Below, in pieces: positions 16,355 through 25,930 of a stretch of DNA of 64,000 nucleotides (position 1 is the first letter of the stretch; each line of letters opens with the position of its first letter). Under the pieces are notes generated by a model, which ran no database searches, had not been told where the DNA came from, and was given only the letters and a program-made list of their open reading frames with translations. The position numbers were made by a program, and so were the translations under genes. The stretch is taken from NCBI GenBank assembly GCA_963800865.1, contig CAWDCL010000004.1, positions 1,821,800 through 1,885,799 of the forward strand. The letters are read 5' to 3'. Source of the DNA: an uncultured Acidobacteriota bacterium (GTDB taxonomy: Bacteria > Acidobacteriota > Polarisedimenticolia > J045).

Positions 16355-18446
16355 GCGGGGACCCCGCGTCACCGAGCACGGTCGCCAGGGCCGCGGCCTG
16401 GGCCGGCGACGGGTGCGCCGCGAACCGCCCCGGCCAACTCCGCACGAAGGCCTCGGCCTCGGGCCCGGCGGGGAAGAGCCCGCGATCGTTCTCCGGCGCG
16501 GCGAGGCGGCGCGGCTGCTCCGGGCAGCGCGCGTCGCAGCGCGCGAGGCAGACGTCGAACAGCAGCGACAGCGTGGCGCGGGTGAGGTCCTGGACCAGCC
16601 GCGCCAGGCCGGGGTCGTGCGTCGGGGGCGACCAGCCGAGATCGTGCAGCAGGGCCTCGTAGTCGTCCCGCAGCTCGGCCGCGAGCGCGTCGCGGTCGGC
16701 CGCGTCGGCAGTCCGGCCGGCGTCCCGTCCGGAGAACCGGCGCGTCGTCACCCGCGTTCCCACCTGCGCCAGCGCGAAGGCCGCGTCCTGCACGCGGTCG
16801 TCGTGCGGCCGCTCGCGCGGCGGCAGGCGCGAGGCCCAGACCTCGAAGGCGCGCATCAGGATCCAGGCCAGGTCGACGGCGAAGATCCGTGCCTTGGTCG
16901 GCCGGCGGCGGCCGAGCATCATCCCCATCACGGCGGTCCGTGAAGGGACCTCGGAGTGCGGGGCGAGGAAGTAGTGCCCCGGGTGGAGGCTCTCCCGGAC
17001 GAGCCGGCGCACGAGCGGGACCGCGGCGAACTGCCCCGTCGCGAGCGCACCCGTCACTGCGAGCGCCGTCGCCGCCTGCTCGCTCTCGCCGGCCGCGAGG
17101 TGGGCGACCGCGTTGTGAGCCAGCAGGCGCGTCAGGCGCCGCGCCTCGCCCGCCCGGCGGAGCGCCTCGGCGGCGCGGGTCACCGTCGCCTCGTCCGGCG
17201 GCGCGCCGGGCCGGGGCCGGGCCAGCAACGCCAGCCGGAACTCGTCGAGCGCGTGCTCCCCGGCGTCGTAGCACCAGTCGGCGTAGCCCGGTGCGTCGAG
17301 CAGCCGGTCCGAGCGCGCGAGCAGCGCCGCCGGCGGAGGTTCGGCCGCCGCGCGCGGCTCGGCCGAGCGCGGTGCCAGGTCGGCCAGCGGATCGAGCAGC
17401 CGGCGCGCCACGAGGTGATCGCGCGGCGCGATGCGGCCGTCGCGCAGGTCGGCGCGCTCGGCCTCGATCAGCATCGCCCACGCCGCGGGGACCGGGATCT
17501 CGAACAGCAGCGGGCCGTCCGCGGCCTCGTCGTCCACCGCGAGGCTGTCGTACCGCCCGACCTCGTGGCCCGCCAGCGCGAGCGCATCGCGTACGCCGGC
17601 ATCGAGGCTCAGGAGGAAGAGCGCCGAGCGGGGACGCAGCCCCGGCCGCCGGAAATCGAACCGCAGCGGAAAGACCCCGGTTCCGTCGCAGAAGCCGACC
17701 CGCGCGGACCAGCCGTCCGGCACGTGCAGCGGATCGGCCTCCGCGGCGAGCACGGCCAGCGCGCCGGTGATCAGGTCGCGCTCGTCGGACCCGCGCGGGG
17801 CCACGCGCCGCAGGCCGGCGCGCGCCGCCGCGTGCGCGGTGCGGGCCAGCGCCTCCAGCAGGAAGAGCCGCAGCGCCGGGTCGCGCTCGACCTCGAGCAG
17901 CATCTCGAACATCCCGGCACGCGCCTCGGGATCGTGCAGCTCGTCGTCCTGCAGCGCGATCCAGCCGGCGCGCTCGTCGCGCGGGGCGAGCTGGTAGAGC
18001 CGGGCGAGCGGATAGCGCAGGGCCGGCTCCTCGGCGACGAAGCGGGCCTGCCAGCGCAGGACCAGCGCGGTGACGTCGTCGGCGCTGAGCAGGTCGGGCT
18101 GATCGTGACCGAGCAGCACGAGCGCGCAGGCGACGCGCGCCGATTCCGGGGCGCCGGGGTCGTTGGCGACCGCGGCGAGCGCGGCGTCGTCCTCGGCCCG
18201 CGCGAGCCGCCCCAGCACCTCGAGCGCGGCGACCTCGTCCGCGACGCGCCCTTCGCGGTGCAGCAGGAGGATCTGGCGCACGGCGAGGCTGCGGCGTTTC
18301 GACAGTTCCGAGAGGGCCCGGTCGAACTGGGCGCCATTCCAGGCGGGGTGGCGCATGAGGTCACCGAGCAGATTGCGCACGGCTCTCCGCGCCGCGAAGG
18401 GAGACTGATCGAGCCTCCCCGCGTCCCCACCCCGGACCCGACCCAT
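16125..18446 (-). CDS. Large hypothetical protein (~773 aa) with a C-terminal CxxC...CxxC zinc-ribbon-like motif
   Basis: The real start is probably ATG 18446 (MGRVRGG...) or ATG 18356. The upstream 645 aa of the 1419-aa track ORF is antisense to the GWxTD gene. It is Ala/Leu/Arg-rich and helical, and ends ...CPLCGEH...CRRCHG. No family was recognised. Confidence 0.5.
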   Translation of the reverse strand: MGRVRGGDAGRLDQSPFAARRAVRNLLGDLMRHPAWNGAQFDRALSELSKRRSLAVRQILLLHREGRVADEVAALEVLGRLARAEDDAALAAVANDPGAPESARVACALVLLGHDQPDLLSADDVTALVLRWQARFVAEEPALRYPLARLYQLAPRDERAGWIALQDDELHDPEARAGMFEMLLEVERDPALRLFLLEALARTAHAAARAGLRRVAPRGSDERDLITGALAVLAAEADPLHVPDGWSARVGFCDGTGVFPLRFDFRRPGLRPRSALFLLSLDAGVRDALALAGHEVGRYDSLAVDDEAADGPLLFEIPVPAAWAMLIEAERADLRDGRIAPRDHLVARRLLDPLADLAPRSAEPRAAAEPPPAALLARSDRLLDAPGYADWCYDAGEHALDEFRLALLARPRPGAPPDEATVTRAAEALRRAGEARRLTRLLAHNAVAHLAAGESEQAATALAVTGALATGQFAAVPLVRRLVRESLHPGHYFLAPHSEVPSRTAVMGMMLGRRRPTKARIFAVDLAWILMRAFEVWASRLPPRERPHDDRVQDAAFALAQVGTRVTTRRFSGRDAGRTADAADRDALAAELRDDYEALLHDLGWSPPTHDPGLARLVQDLTRATLSLLFDVCLARCDARCPEQPRRLAAPENDRGLFPAGPEAEAFVRSWPGRFAAHPSPAQAAALATVLGDAGSPLNEPDAREAGREAAAAVPAFLCPLCGEHRPAAARSRATLQPHLGGQPQPVCRRCHGIYRRDALFREQIVSRLGSLS

Positions 18447-18569
18447 GCGGGCAGAATAGCCCGCCCCCGGCCGGCGCACCAACGCGCGCCGGCCCGCCGG
18501 GCAGGTGATAAAGTGGCCGACCCGCGCCGGCGCTTCCCCCGCTCGACCGGCGCCACGAGGTCGAACCCG

Positions 18570-20072
18570 ATGAGTACGCTCGCGAGGACCACCGGCGTGG
18601 TGGCGCTGGCCGCTGCGATTTCCGCCTCGGCGTGGGCCGCGGAAACCCCGCCCCCCGCCAAGCCCGCCGCCCCGTCGGCGCCCCGCGCCTCGCTGCGCGA
18701 CTCGCAGGACCGGCCGGTCCTGGCCTTTGCGCAGGGGCCGGCGTCGCTGCTCCTGACCCCCGAGGAGGTCCTCGCCTACACCAAGCTGGTCGACCTCGGG
18801 CAGCGGCGCGGCTTCATCGAGCGCTTCTGGGGCTCGATGGCGACCAACTGCATGCCGGGCACGAACCCGGTGCGCGACCTTTTCTGGCAGCGGGCCGGCG
18901 AGGCGCTGACGAAGTACGGCGACGAGGGGATGCCCGGCTGGGCGACCGACCGCGGGCGGATCTTCGTGCTCGCCGGGGCCCCGGCGAGCGAGGAGCTGTT
19001 CGACGCGAAGGCCCCCTGGGGCGATGCCAAGGGGATGGCCTGGTCCTACCCGGACCGGCCCGGGGTCCCCGCCGAGATCGACTTCGTCCTGCTGCGTGGA
19101 CGCTGGGTCTACGCCGGCTCCGCCGAGAAGGGGGGCGCCGCGCGCCCCGCTTCGCTCAGCCCGCAGCAGTGGGCGAGCACGGTGCAGGGGATCGCGGGGA
19201 CCTTCCGCCGGCAGGGCTGCGTGCTCACCCCCGAGCAGGCGGCCGAACGCGCCAAGGGTGCGTGGCGCGGAACGCTCTACGAGGAAGCGGGGAAGGTCCT
19301 GGCCGGCGAGAAGCCGGCCGTCGCGCAGCCGGCGGATCCCCAGGCCTACTTCTTCCCGGCCGAGGGGGATTCGACGCTGATCTGGCTCGCCGTTCCGCTC
19401 GACGGACCGCTTCCGGCCGGCTCCAAGCTGGTCGCGATGCTGCGCAACGACGCCGGCGACGACATCGCGTACGCGCTGGGAACGGACGACTTTCCGTTCG
19501 AGGTGCGGCCGTCCGGCGCGCGATACGTCGGACTCGCCGCCCGCCCGCTTCCTCCGGGGAAGTACGCGCTGGTGGTCGGCCGCACCGGCGCGGACGGATC
19601 GACGACGCTGCTCCACGCCGGGCAGCAGATGGTCGCGCGCCTGCCGCTCGACACGCTGCGGACCACCAGCGTCGTGCTGGCCCAGGAGGTCGGCGAGATC
19701 GCCGCCGGCGCGGCGAAGGACCCGTTCCAGATCGGGACGTGGAGCGTCCTCCCCCGCGCCGACCGCGCGATCAAGCGCGGCGACAAGTTCTGGCTCGTCT
19801 ACAAGGTGCTCGGGGCGGGGAAGAACGCCTCCGGGCAGAACCAGCTGCAGGTGACCTACCAGTTCCGCGGCCGGATGCAGCCGGCCGCCCAGTGGCAGCC
19901 GATCGGTCAGCCGATCGTCCGGGACCTGACCTCGGACACGACCGCGATCGAGTTCCCGACGAGCCCGCAGTGGCCGACGACCGCCGAGTACAAGGTCGAG
20001 ATCCAGGTCGCGGACAAGCTCGCGGGCGGGGCACCGTTCAAGATGGAGGTCCCGTTCACGGTCAAGCCGTGA
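18570..20072 (+). CDS. Secreted GWxTD-domain protein
   Basis: ATG 18570 with a signal peptide (MSTLARTTGVVALAAAISASAWAAE). The GWxTD signature MPGWATDRGRIFVLAG is present. It is divergent from the 16125..18446 gene. Confidence 0.75.
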   Translation: MSTLARTTGVVALAAAISASAWAAETPPPAKPAAPSAPRASLRDSQDRPVLAFAQGPASLLLTPEEVLAYTKLVDLGQRRGFIERFWGSMATNCMPGTNPVRDLFWQRAGEALTKYGDEGMPGWATDRGRIFVLAGAPASEELFDAKAPWGDAKGMAWSYPDRPGVPAEIDFVLLRGRWVYAGSAEKGGAARPASLSPQQWASTVQGIAGTFRRQGCVLTPEQAAERAKGAWRGTLYEEAGKVLAGEKPAVAQPADPQAYFFPAEGDSTLIWLAVPLDGPLPAGSKLVAMLRNDAGDDIAYALGTDDFPFEVRPSGARYVGLAARPLPPGKYALVVGRTGADGSTTLLHAGQQMVARLPLDTLRTTSVVLAQEVGEIAAGAAKDPFQIGTWSVLPRADRAIKRGDKFWLVYKVLGAGKNASGQNQLQVTYQFRGRMQPAAQWQPIGQPIVRDLTSDTTAIEFPTSPQWPTTAEYKVEIQVADKLAGGAPFKMEVPFTVKP

Positions 20073-20142
20073 GCCGGGGTGCCGGATCTCCGGCCCGGCC
20101 GGGTGATGGACGAAGAGCGGGACGCGAGGAGGAAGGGACGAG

Positions 20143-20409
20143 ATGAGCGACAACGCACCGGACACGTGGCACTGCAGCCGCTGCGGCAACGCAGGCGAGC
20201 GCCTTCCCCTGCAGCCGTGGCCGGGGACGCTCGGCCGCCGCGTGCTGGACACGATCTGCAAGGGCTGCTGGGACGAGTGGATGTCGGTGCAGACGAAGAT
20301 CATCAACGAGTACCGGCTCAACGTGCTGGACCCCGGCGCCTCGGCCTCGATCAAGGAGCAGATGCAGATCTTCCTCGGTTTCAAGGAGGCGACGCCGCGT
20401 GCGGAGTAG
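20143..20409 (+). CDS. yggX: Fe(2+)-trafficking/oxidative-damage protection protein YggX family
   Basis: 88 aa. CSRCG...LGRRVLDTICKGCWDEWMSVQTKIINEYRLN matches the YggX family pattern. A strong RBS (GGAGGAAGGG) precedes the ATG. Confidence 0.75.
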   Translation: MSDNAPDTWHCSRCGNAGERLPLQPWPGTLGRRVLDTICKGCWDEWMSVQTKIINEYRLNVLDPGASASIKEQMQIFLGFKEATPRAE

Positions 20410-20685
20410 CCCGACGATCCGGCGGGATGCGAGCAGCGAAATGCAAAATCGTGCGGTGAATATGCAGCACGAATTGCATGCCGCCGTGCCGAATGTCCGC
20501 GCGTTCCGGCTAGGCTGCGCGGCAGATCCTCCTAGTAAGGGAGCGCGCCACGCCCGGGTCCCCCTCCCCCTAACCCGGCCGGCGCCGCTTCCAAGACGTT
20601 CCGCGTCTCGGGCCCTCCGGTGTGCCTCTCCCCGAGGCGCCGCCGGAGGGCCGCTTCTTTTCCGCACCCGCCGGGCGAAGAACGC

Positions 20686-21903
20686 ATGAAAGGCGACCCG
20701 CAGATCGTGCGCAAGGGCTTCGGCCTGAAGCAGGAGATCGCCGGGCAGCTCTCGTCCGACTACGCCTCGGAACTGGTCGACCGCGCGCGTGCCGCCGACT
20801 ACCGGCTGGTCTGGCCGGGGCTGGCGGTGCGGATCGCCAAGGAGTTCGGCTTCTGCTACGGCGTCGAGCGGGCGATCGACTACGCCTACGAGACGCGCAA
20901 GAAGTTCCCCGACCGGCGGCTCTTCCTGACCGGCGAGATCATCCACAACCCGCGCGTCAACCTCCGCCTGCGCGAGATCGGCTACCAGTTTCTCGACGGA
21001 TCGTACGACTCCGTGCTGGGAAACCGCGACCTGACGCCGGACGACATCGTGCTGCTGCCCGCGTTCGGCGTGACGACGGGGATGCTCGAGGATCTGAAAG
21101 AGGTCGGTTGCCTCCTGGTCGACACCACCTGCGGCTCGGTCCTGAACGTCTGGCGCAACGTCGAGAAGTACGCGCGGGACGGCTTCACCTGCCTGATCCA
21201 CGGCAAGTGGAAGCACGAGGAGACTCGTGCCACCGCGAGCCGGGCCCTGATCTACCCCGCGGGCCGGTACCTCGTGCTGCTGGACATGCTCGAGACCGAC
21301 GAAGTCTGCCGGTACATCCGCGGCGAGGGGGATCGGGCGGGCTTCCTCGCACGGTTCGCCAACGCGATCTCGGCCGACTTCGATCCCGACCTCCACCTCG
21401 ACCGGATCGGGATGGCGAACCAGACGACGATGCTCTCGACCGAGTCGATGGCGATCGCGGCCCGCGTGCGCGACGCGATGCGTGCGCGCTACGGCGAGGC
21501 GGAGCTGGCGGCGCGCTTCCGGAGCTTCGACACGATCTGCTCCGCGACCCAGGACCGGCAGGACGCGGTCAAGGCGCTGCTCGCCGACCCGCCGCAGCTG
21601 ATGATCGTCATCGGGGGGTTCAACTCCTCGAATACCGGGCACCTGACGGAGATGTGCGCCGAACGGGTGCCGACCTTCCACATCGAGGACGCCGGTCACA
21701 TCGAGAGCGGCGAGCGGATCTTCCACCTTCCGGTCGCGGTCCGGACGCCGGTCCTCGACGAGGGGTGGTGGCCGGCCGGCGTGACCGAGATCGGGATCAC
21801 GGCCGGGGCCTCGACCCCGGACCGCGAGATCGGGCGGGTGATCGAGCGCCTGCTCCAGATCCGGGGGATCGAGGACGGCGTCCCGGGCCGAGCGAGGCTC
21901 TAG
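20686..21903 (+). CDS. ispH: 4-hydroxy-3-methylbut-2-enyl diphosphate reductase IspH/LytB, long (cyanobacterial/plant-type) form
   Basis: ATG 20686 (MKGDPQIVRKGFGLKQEI...). LytB motifs are present (GFCYGVERAI, conserved Cys, NSSNTGHL). 405 aa with an N-terminal extension relative to E. coli IspH. Confidence 0.85.
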   Translation: MKGDPQIVRKGFGLKQEIAGQLSSDYASELVDRARAADYRLVWPGLAVRIAKEFGFCYGVERAIDYAYETRKKFPDRRLFLTGEIIHNPRVNLRLREIGYQFLDGSYDSVLGNRDLTPDDIVLLPAFGVTTGMLEDLKEVGCLLVDTTCGSVLNVWRNVEKYARDGFTCLIHGKWKHEETRATASRALIYPAGRYLVLLDMLETDEVCRYIRGEGDRAGFLARFANAISADFDPDLHLDRIGMANQTTMLSTESMAIAARVRDAMRARYGEAELAARFRSFDTICSATQDRQDAVKALLADPPQLMIVIGGFNSSNTGHLTEMCAERVPTFHIEDAGHIESGERIFHLPVAVRTPVLDEGWWPAGVTEIGITAGASTPDREIGRVIERLLQIRGIEDGVPGRARL

Positions 21904-23571
21904 CCCAGCCCGCGTTCCACCTGCGCCAGCGCGGCGTCGCTGCGCGTCCGCGCCGCATCCAGTGCCGTGTCGAGCCGGGCGAGCCACGCGGCGCGTTCCG
22001 GCGCGTCGGGCAGTCCCGGCAGGTTGATCCGGACGTTGAGCGCGGCCCCCTCGGCCGCGGTGCGCGCGCACCAGGCGGCGACGCCGACGTCGGACATCGC
22101 GGCGGCCATCCCGATCGCGGCGGCCCGCTCCACGAGGCCGGCGAGCGCAGCCGCGGCCTCCACGACCGACAGCGGGACCTCGATCGCGCGCCGCGTCGCA
22201 GCGACGATCGCCGCCTCGCGCGCCGCCAGCTGCGCCGCGGTCGCCTTCGGCAGGCGGCGCGCGGCGACGATTCCATCGAACGCCGCGCTGTCGTCGTCGA
22301 TCGCGACCAGCAGCCGGTCCTTGAGCGACTGGGCCTCGCCCCCCAGCGATTCCAGTTCGGCGCGGCGCGAGGCATCGGCCCCGCCGTGGGTCAGCGCCGC
22401 GACCATCGCGGCCAGGCCCCCGGCCAGCGCTCCGGCCAGCGCGGAGACCGAGCCGCCGCCGGGCGCCGGGGTCGAGCGCGACAGCTCGTCGGCGAAGCCG
22501 ACCAGCGAGAGGCCGGAGAGGCCCCGCTCGCGCGGCGCCAGCCGGTACTCGATGACCGCGCTCGCCGGATCGAAGGGCTTGACGTCGTCGAGCCCGAGGC
22601 TGGTGCGTGCCGCGCGCACGAGGTCGGGCTCCGGCACGGCGGGGCTCTTTCCCTGGGCGGCGAGATAGTGCCGACCGGCCGCGAGCAGCGCGTCGAGCGG
22701 GATCAGCCCGACCAGCTCCGAGCCGGTGACGCGCAGGCCGCGGGACCGCGCCTCTTCGCGCACGACGTCGAAGGCGACGTGCGGCGGGGTGACGCGTGAA
22801 GTCGAGCAGGTTGATCGAAACCTGCGCCCGTCCGAACTCCGGGATGAACCAGCCGACCGCGCGGACCGCGGAGAGCCGCCCCGGCTTCATCACGTCGTTG
22901 CCGGCGGCGTCCTTCAGGAACTTCCCGTCCGGCCCGCGCGCCTTGCGCCCCTGCTCGCGGATCTCGAGCGCGATCTCGTGGGCCAGCTTCCGGTCGTCGG
23001 TGTTGAGGTCGACGTTGTAGGCGATCAGGAACGGCCGCGCGCCGACGACCGTCGCCCCGGACCGCGGGTTGAACTCGGCCCGGCCGAAGTCGGGCGCCCA
23101 CTCCGGGTCCGCCAGCCGGGCGGCCAGCCCCTCGTACTCGCCCTTGCGGATCTCGGCCAGCGACTGCCGCGCCGGGCGCGTCGCCGCGCGCTCGTAGAGG
23201 TAGACCGGGATCGAGAGCTCCTCGGCGATCCGCCGGCCGACCGTCCGCGCCAGCGCGACGCAGTCGTCCATCGTCGCCCCGCCTCCGACCGGCACGAAGG
23301 GGACGACGTCGACCGCGCCGATCCGCGAGTGGGCCCCGCGGTGGGCCCGCATGTCGATCAGCCGCGTGGCGGTCGCGGCCAGCCGGAAGGCAGCCTCACC
23401 GACCGCGTCGGGCGCGCCGACGAAGGTGAAGACCGTGCGGTTCGTCTCGGCCCCCGGATCGACGTCGAGCAGCTCGACCCCGGGCACCTCGCGGACAGCG
23501 GCCGCGACGGCGTCGAGCAGCGCGCGATCGCGCCCCTCGGAGATGTTCGGCACGCACTCGATGACCTTCAC
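21900..23571 (-). pseudogene. ftcD: Bifunctional glutamate formimidoyltransferase-cyclodeaminase (FtcD) gene with a frameshift near 22797
   Basis: The formiminotransferase domain starts at GTG 23571 (VKVIECVPNISEGRD...) and is in frame until ...NLLDFTRH. The cyclodeaminase domain (TPPHVAFDVVREEARSRGLRVTGSELVGLIP...STPAPGGGSVSALAGALAG) continues in the adjacent frame. The junction is within CGTCACCCCGCC. Confidence 0.8.
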
Positions 23572-24539
23572 GGGCGGGACTCCTCCGAGCGCGCGATGGC
23601 GTCGGCGATCAGCGCGCAGGATCGGACGGCGGCGACCCCTTCCTCGAGCGGGATCGGCGACGGCTGGCCGGCGGCGAGCGCGGCGACGAACGCGCGCAGT
23701 ACCTCGCGCACGGTCGGTACCGGCTCGGCGACCGGGAGCGGCCGGCGGGCGTGTCCTTCGAGCTCGAACAGGAAGCCGTGAACGAAGTCGCCGGCCAGCT
23801 GGCGCTCGCTTCCGGCGACCTCGATCCGGCCGCTGCGGCCGTGCCCGGCGCGGATGTTGTCGAGCGTGGCGATCACGTCCCCGGGCGTCAGCCGGAGCGT
23901 CGCCGCGAACAGGTCGTGGGTGACGCGGTGGTGCACGCGGCGGGCGAAGGCCTGCGCCGCGGCGACCTCGCAGCCGGTGAGAAAGCGCAGCAGGTCGATG
24001 CCGTGCACGCCGGTGTTGAGGACCGGGCCGCCTTCGGATGGCTCGTCGAGCCAGGCGCGGCCGGTACGCTCGAGGCGCTGGTTGATCGCCACGAGGTGGA
24101 GCTCGCCGGCCCGCGGCATCGCCGCCGCGAGCGCGCGGATCACGCTGTTGAAGCGCAGCGTGTTGGCGATCATCGCCGGCACCCCGGCCTGCCGGGCCAC
24201 CTCGACCGCGCGCCGTGCCCCGGCCTCGGTGGCGGCCAGTGGTTTCTCGACGAGCACCGCCTTGCGCGCCGCCGCCGCGGCCTCGACCGCCCCCGGATGA
24301 CGCGACGGCGGGAGCGCGGCCACCACCAGGTCGACGGCCGGGTCGCCGGCGAGCGCTTCGAGCGAGTCGTGATAGACGAGCCCGCGGACACCGGCCCACG
24401 CGCGTCCCTCGTCGTGCCGGCGCCGGTGGACGGCGACGAGCCGAGCCCCCGGCACGTCGCCGGCGAGCAGGTGCTGGGCGTAACGGATACCGTGGCGGCC
24501 GAGTCCGGCCAGCCCGATTCCGAGCGTCTCGTGCGGCAT
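23568..24539 (-). CDS. Gfo/Idh/MocA-family NAD(P)-dependent oxidoreductase
   Basis: N-terminal Rossmann motif (LGIGLAGLGRHG) and C-terminal GFO_IDH_MocA domain. Its stop overlaps the ftcD start. Confidence 0.75.
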   Translation of the reverse strand: MPHETLGIGLAGLGRHGIRYAQHLLAGDVPGARLVAVHRRRHDEGRAWAGVRGLVYHDSLEALAGDPAVDLVVAALPPSRHPGAVEAAAAARKAVLVEKPLAATEAGARRAVEVARQAGVPAMIANTLRFNSVIRALAAAMPRAGELHLVAINQRLERTGRAWLDEPSEGGPVLNTGVHGIDLLRFLTGCEVAAAQAFARRVHHRVTHDLFAATLRLTPGDVIATLDNIRAGHGRSGRIEVAGSERQLAGDFVHGFLFELEGHARRPLPVAEPVPTVREVLRAFVAALAAGQPSPIPLEEGVAAVRSCALIADAIARSEESRP

Positions 24540-24653
24540 GAGAGGTTCCCGGCGCGTGATCCCGAGGGGGGAGGCCGCGGCACTCTACCACGCGGTCTCG
24601 CCTCGATTCTTCCTGGGGGATCCGGTCCGCCCCGCCGGCACCGGGGTCCGGGA

Positions 24654-25859
24654 TCAGCGACCGAGCAACCCGATCAGCTTCGACGTGGCGCGGAAGAGCA
24701 GCCCCTGTCCATCCTTCGCCTCGCTCCCGGCACCCGCTGCATCCGCGGCGGGCTCCCCCGGGGTGCCGCTCGCGGCGGCCGGCGTCTTCGCGGGCGCCGG
24801 CGCGGGGGGCGCCGGCGGGTTGAGGCGCGCCTGCAGCCGGTCGGTCATCTCCGCCAGGTAGCGCCGCCAGGTGAGCAGGCGGCGGGCGGCCTCGCGGTCG
24901 GTTCCGCCCGAGTCGACCGCGCGCGTGAGGGCCTCCTCGGCCCGGGCTTCGACCAGCGCGAGGATCCGGCGATCGTGCTCGAGCGTCGCGCGGTCGCCCT
25001 GCGGCAGGTCGCGCCGCACCAGCGAACTGGCCGCCCAGATCTCGAGGTAGAGCGGGTCGCCGGGCCGGGCCTTGCCCTCGCGCGCCGCGCCGAGCAGCGA
25101 GACGGCGTCGTCGAGCGGCGGCGGCTCCTGGTGCGCGTTGCGCGCCGCGTCGCCGCGCGCGACCTCGACCAGCGCGGCAGCCGCGCGGGCCAGGTCGGCT
25201 TCGGCCGTCAACTCGAGCGGGTCGGGCAGCAGCGCGAGCCCGGCGGCGATCGCCTCCGCGCCGCGCGGGGTCGGGGCCGACTGCAGTACGAAGCGGATCT
25301 CGCCCGCGACCTCGGCCAGCCGCGACCACTCGTGCGCGCGAGTGGCCAGCGCCAGCGCGTCGAGCGGGGCGTCCGGTCCCAACCGCCGCAGGCGGCGCAT
25401 CCGCTGGCGCACGGCGACGGAACGCGTCAACGCGTCGCGCAGCCCGAGGTCGGGAACCTGGTTCCGCGAGCCGAGCAGCCGCGCGAGGTCGCGCACTTCC
25501 ATCGGAGCCGGATCGGGCCAGAGCCGCAGTCCGATCTGCTCGGTGAAGCTGATGCTCCCGACCGGCAGCGACCCCAGCACGAGATCGAGCGCCTCGAGCG
25601 CCGCGCTTTTGGCGCGTCCCTGGGGCGTCGGTATCTCCGCCGACTGCGAGCCGACGGCGATCGTCCCGCGCGGGACGGCGGCGCGGCGCGACGGCAGCGG
25701 GAGGGCGCCCGTGTCCTCAGCCGCGGGGGCGGGTGGAGCGGGCGAGGCGGGGAGGACGCCGGCCGGGCCGGGCGCTCCGGGGCGCAGGACGGGCCGGGCC
25801 GGCCGGGGCGTCACGCCGGCACCGATCGTCTCCCGCCAGTATTTCTTCGAGTCGGCCAT
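24654..25859 (-). CDS. Hypothetical protein (401 aa), Ala/Pro/Arg-rich, no recognised domain
   Basis: The ORF has an ATG (MADSKKYWRE...) and is divergent from the spmAB-like gene. Its reality is supported only by length and position. Confidence 0.4.
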   Translation of the reverse strand: MADSKKYWRETIGAGVTPRPARPVLRPGAPGPAGVLPASPAPPAPAAEDTGALPLPSRRAAVPRGTIAVGSQSAEIPTPQGRAKSAALEALDLVLGSLPVGSISFTEQIGLRLWPDPAPMEVRDLARLLGSRNQVPDLGLRDALTRSVAVRQRMRRLRRLGPDAPLDALALATRAHEWSRLAEVAGEIRFVLQSAPTPRGAEAIAAGLALLPDPLELTAEADLARAAAALVEVARGDAARNAHQEPPPLDDAVSLLGAAREGKARPGDPLYLEIWAASSLVRRDLPQGDRATLEHDRRILALVEARAEEALTRAVDSGGTDREAARRLLTWRRYLAEMTDRLQARLNPPAPPAPAPAKTPAAASGTPGEPAADAAGAGSEAKDGQGLLFRATSKLIGLLGR

Positions 25860-25930
25860 GCGCGCCCCGGTTCGAATGTCGTCGCTGGAGGGGGCCGGGG
25901 CAAGCCCGGCCGTTTGGTACCATCCGGCGG

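Noticed and set aside
16956-18569. N-terminal 540 aa of the 1038-aa plus-strand ORF, and the N-terminal 645 aa of the 1419-aa minus-strand ORF
   Set aside because: These are mutually antisense GC artefacts. The real genes start at 18570 (plus strand, signal peptide) and 18446 (minus strand).
20062-25329. 1755-aa minus-strand ORF
   Set aside because: It spans four real genes in other frames. Only the formiminotransferase domain segment (~22800-23571) is genuine.
25866-25885. GGTTCGAAT (tRNA T-loop-like motif) suggesting a tRNA gene
   Set aside because: No acceptor or anticodon stems flank it. The segment is the 5' end/UTR of the 24654..25859 CDS.
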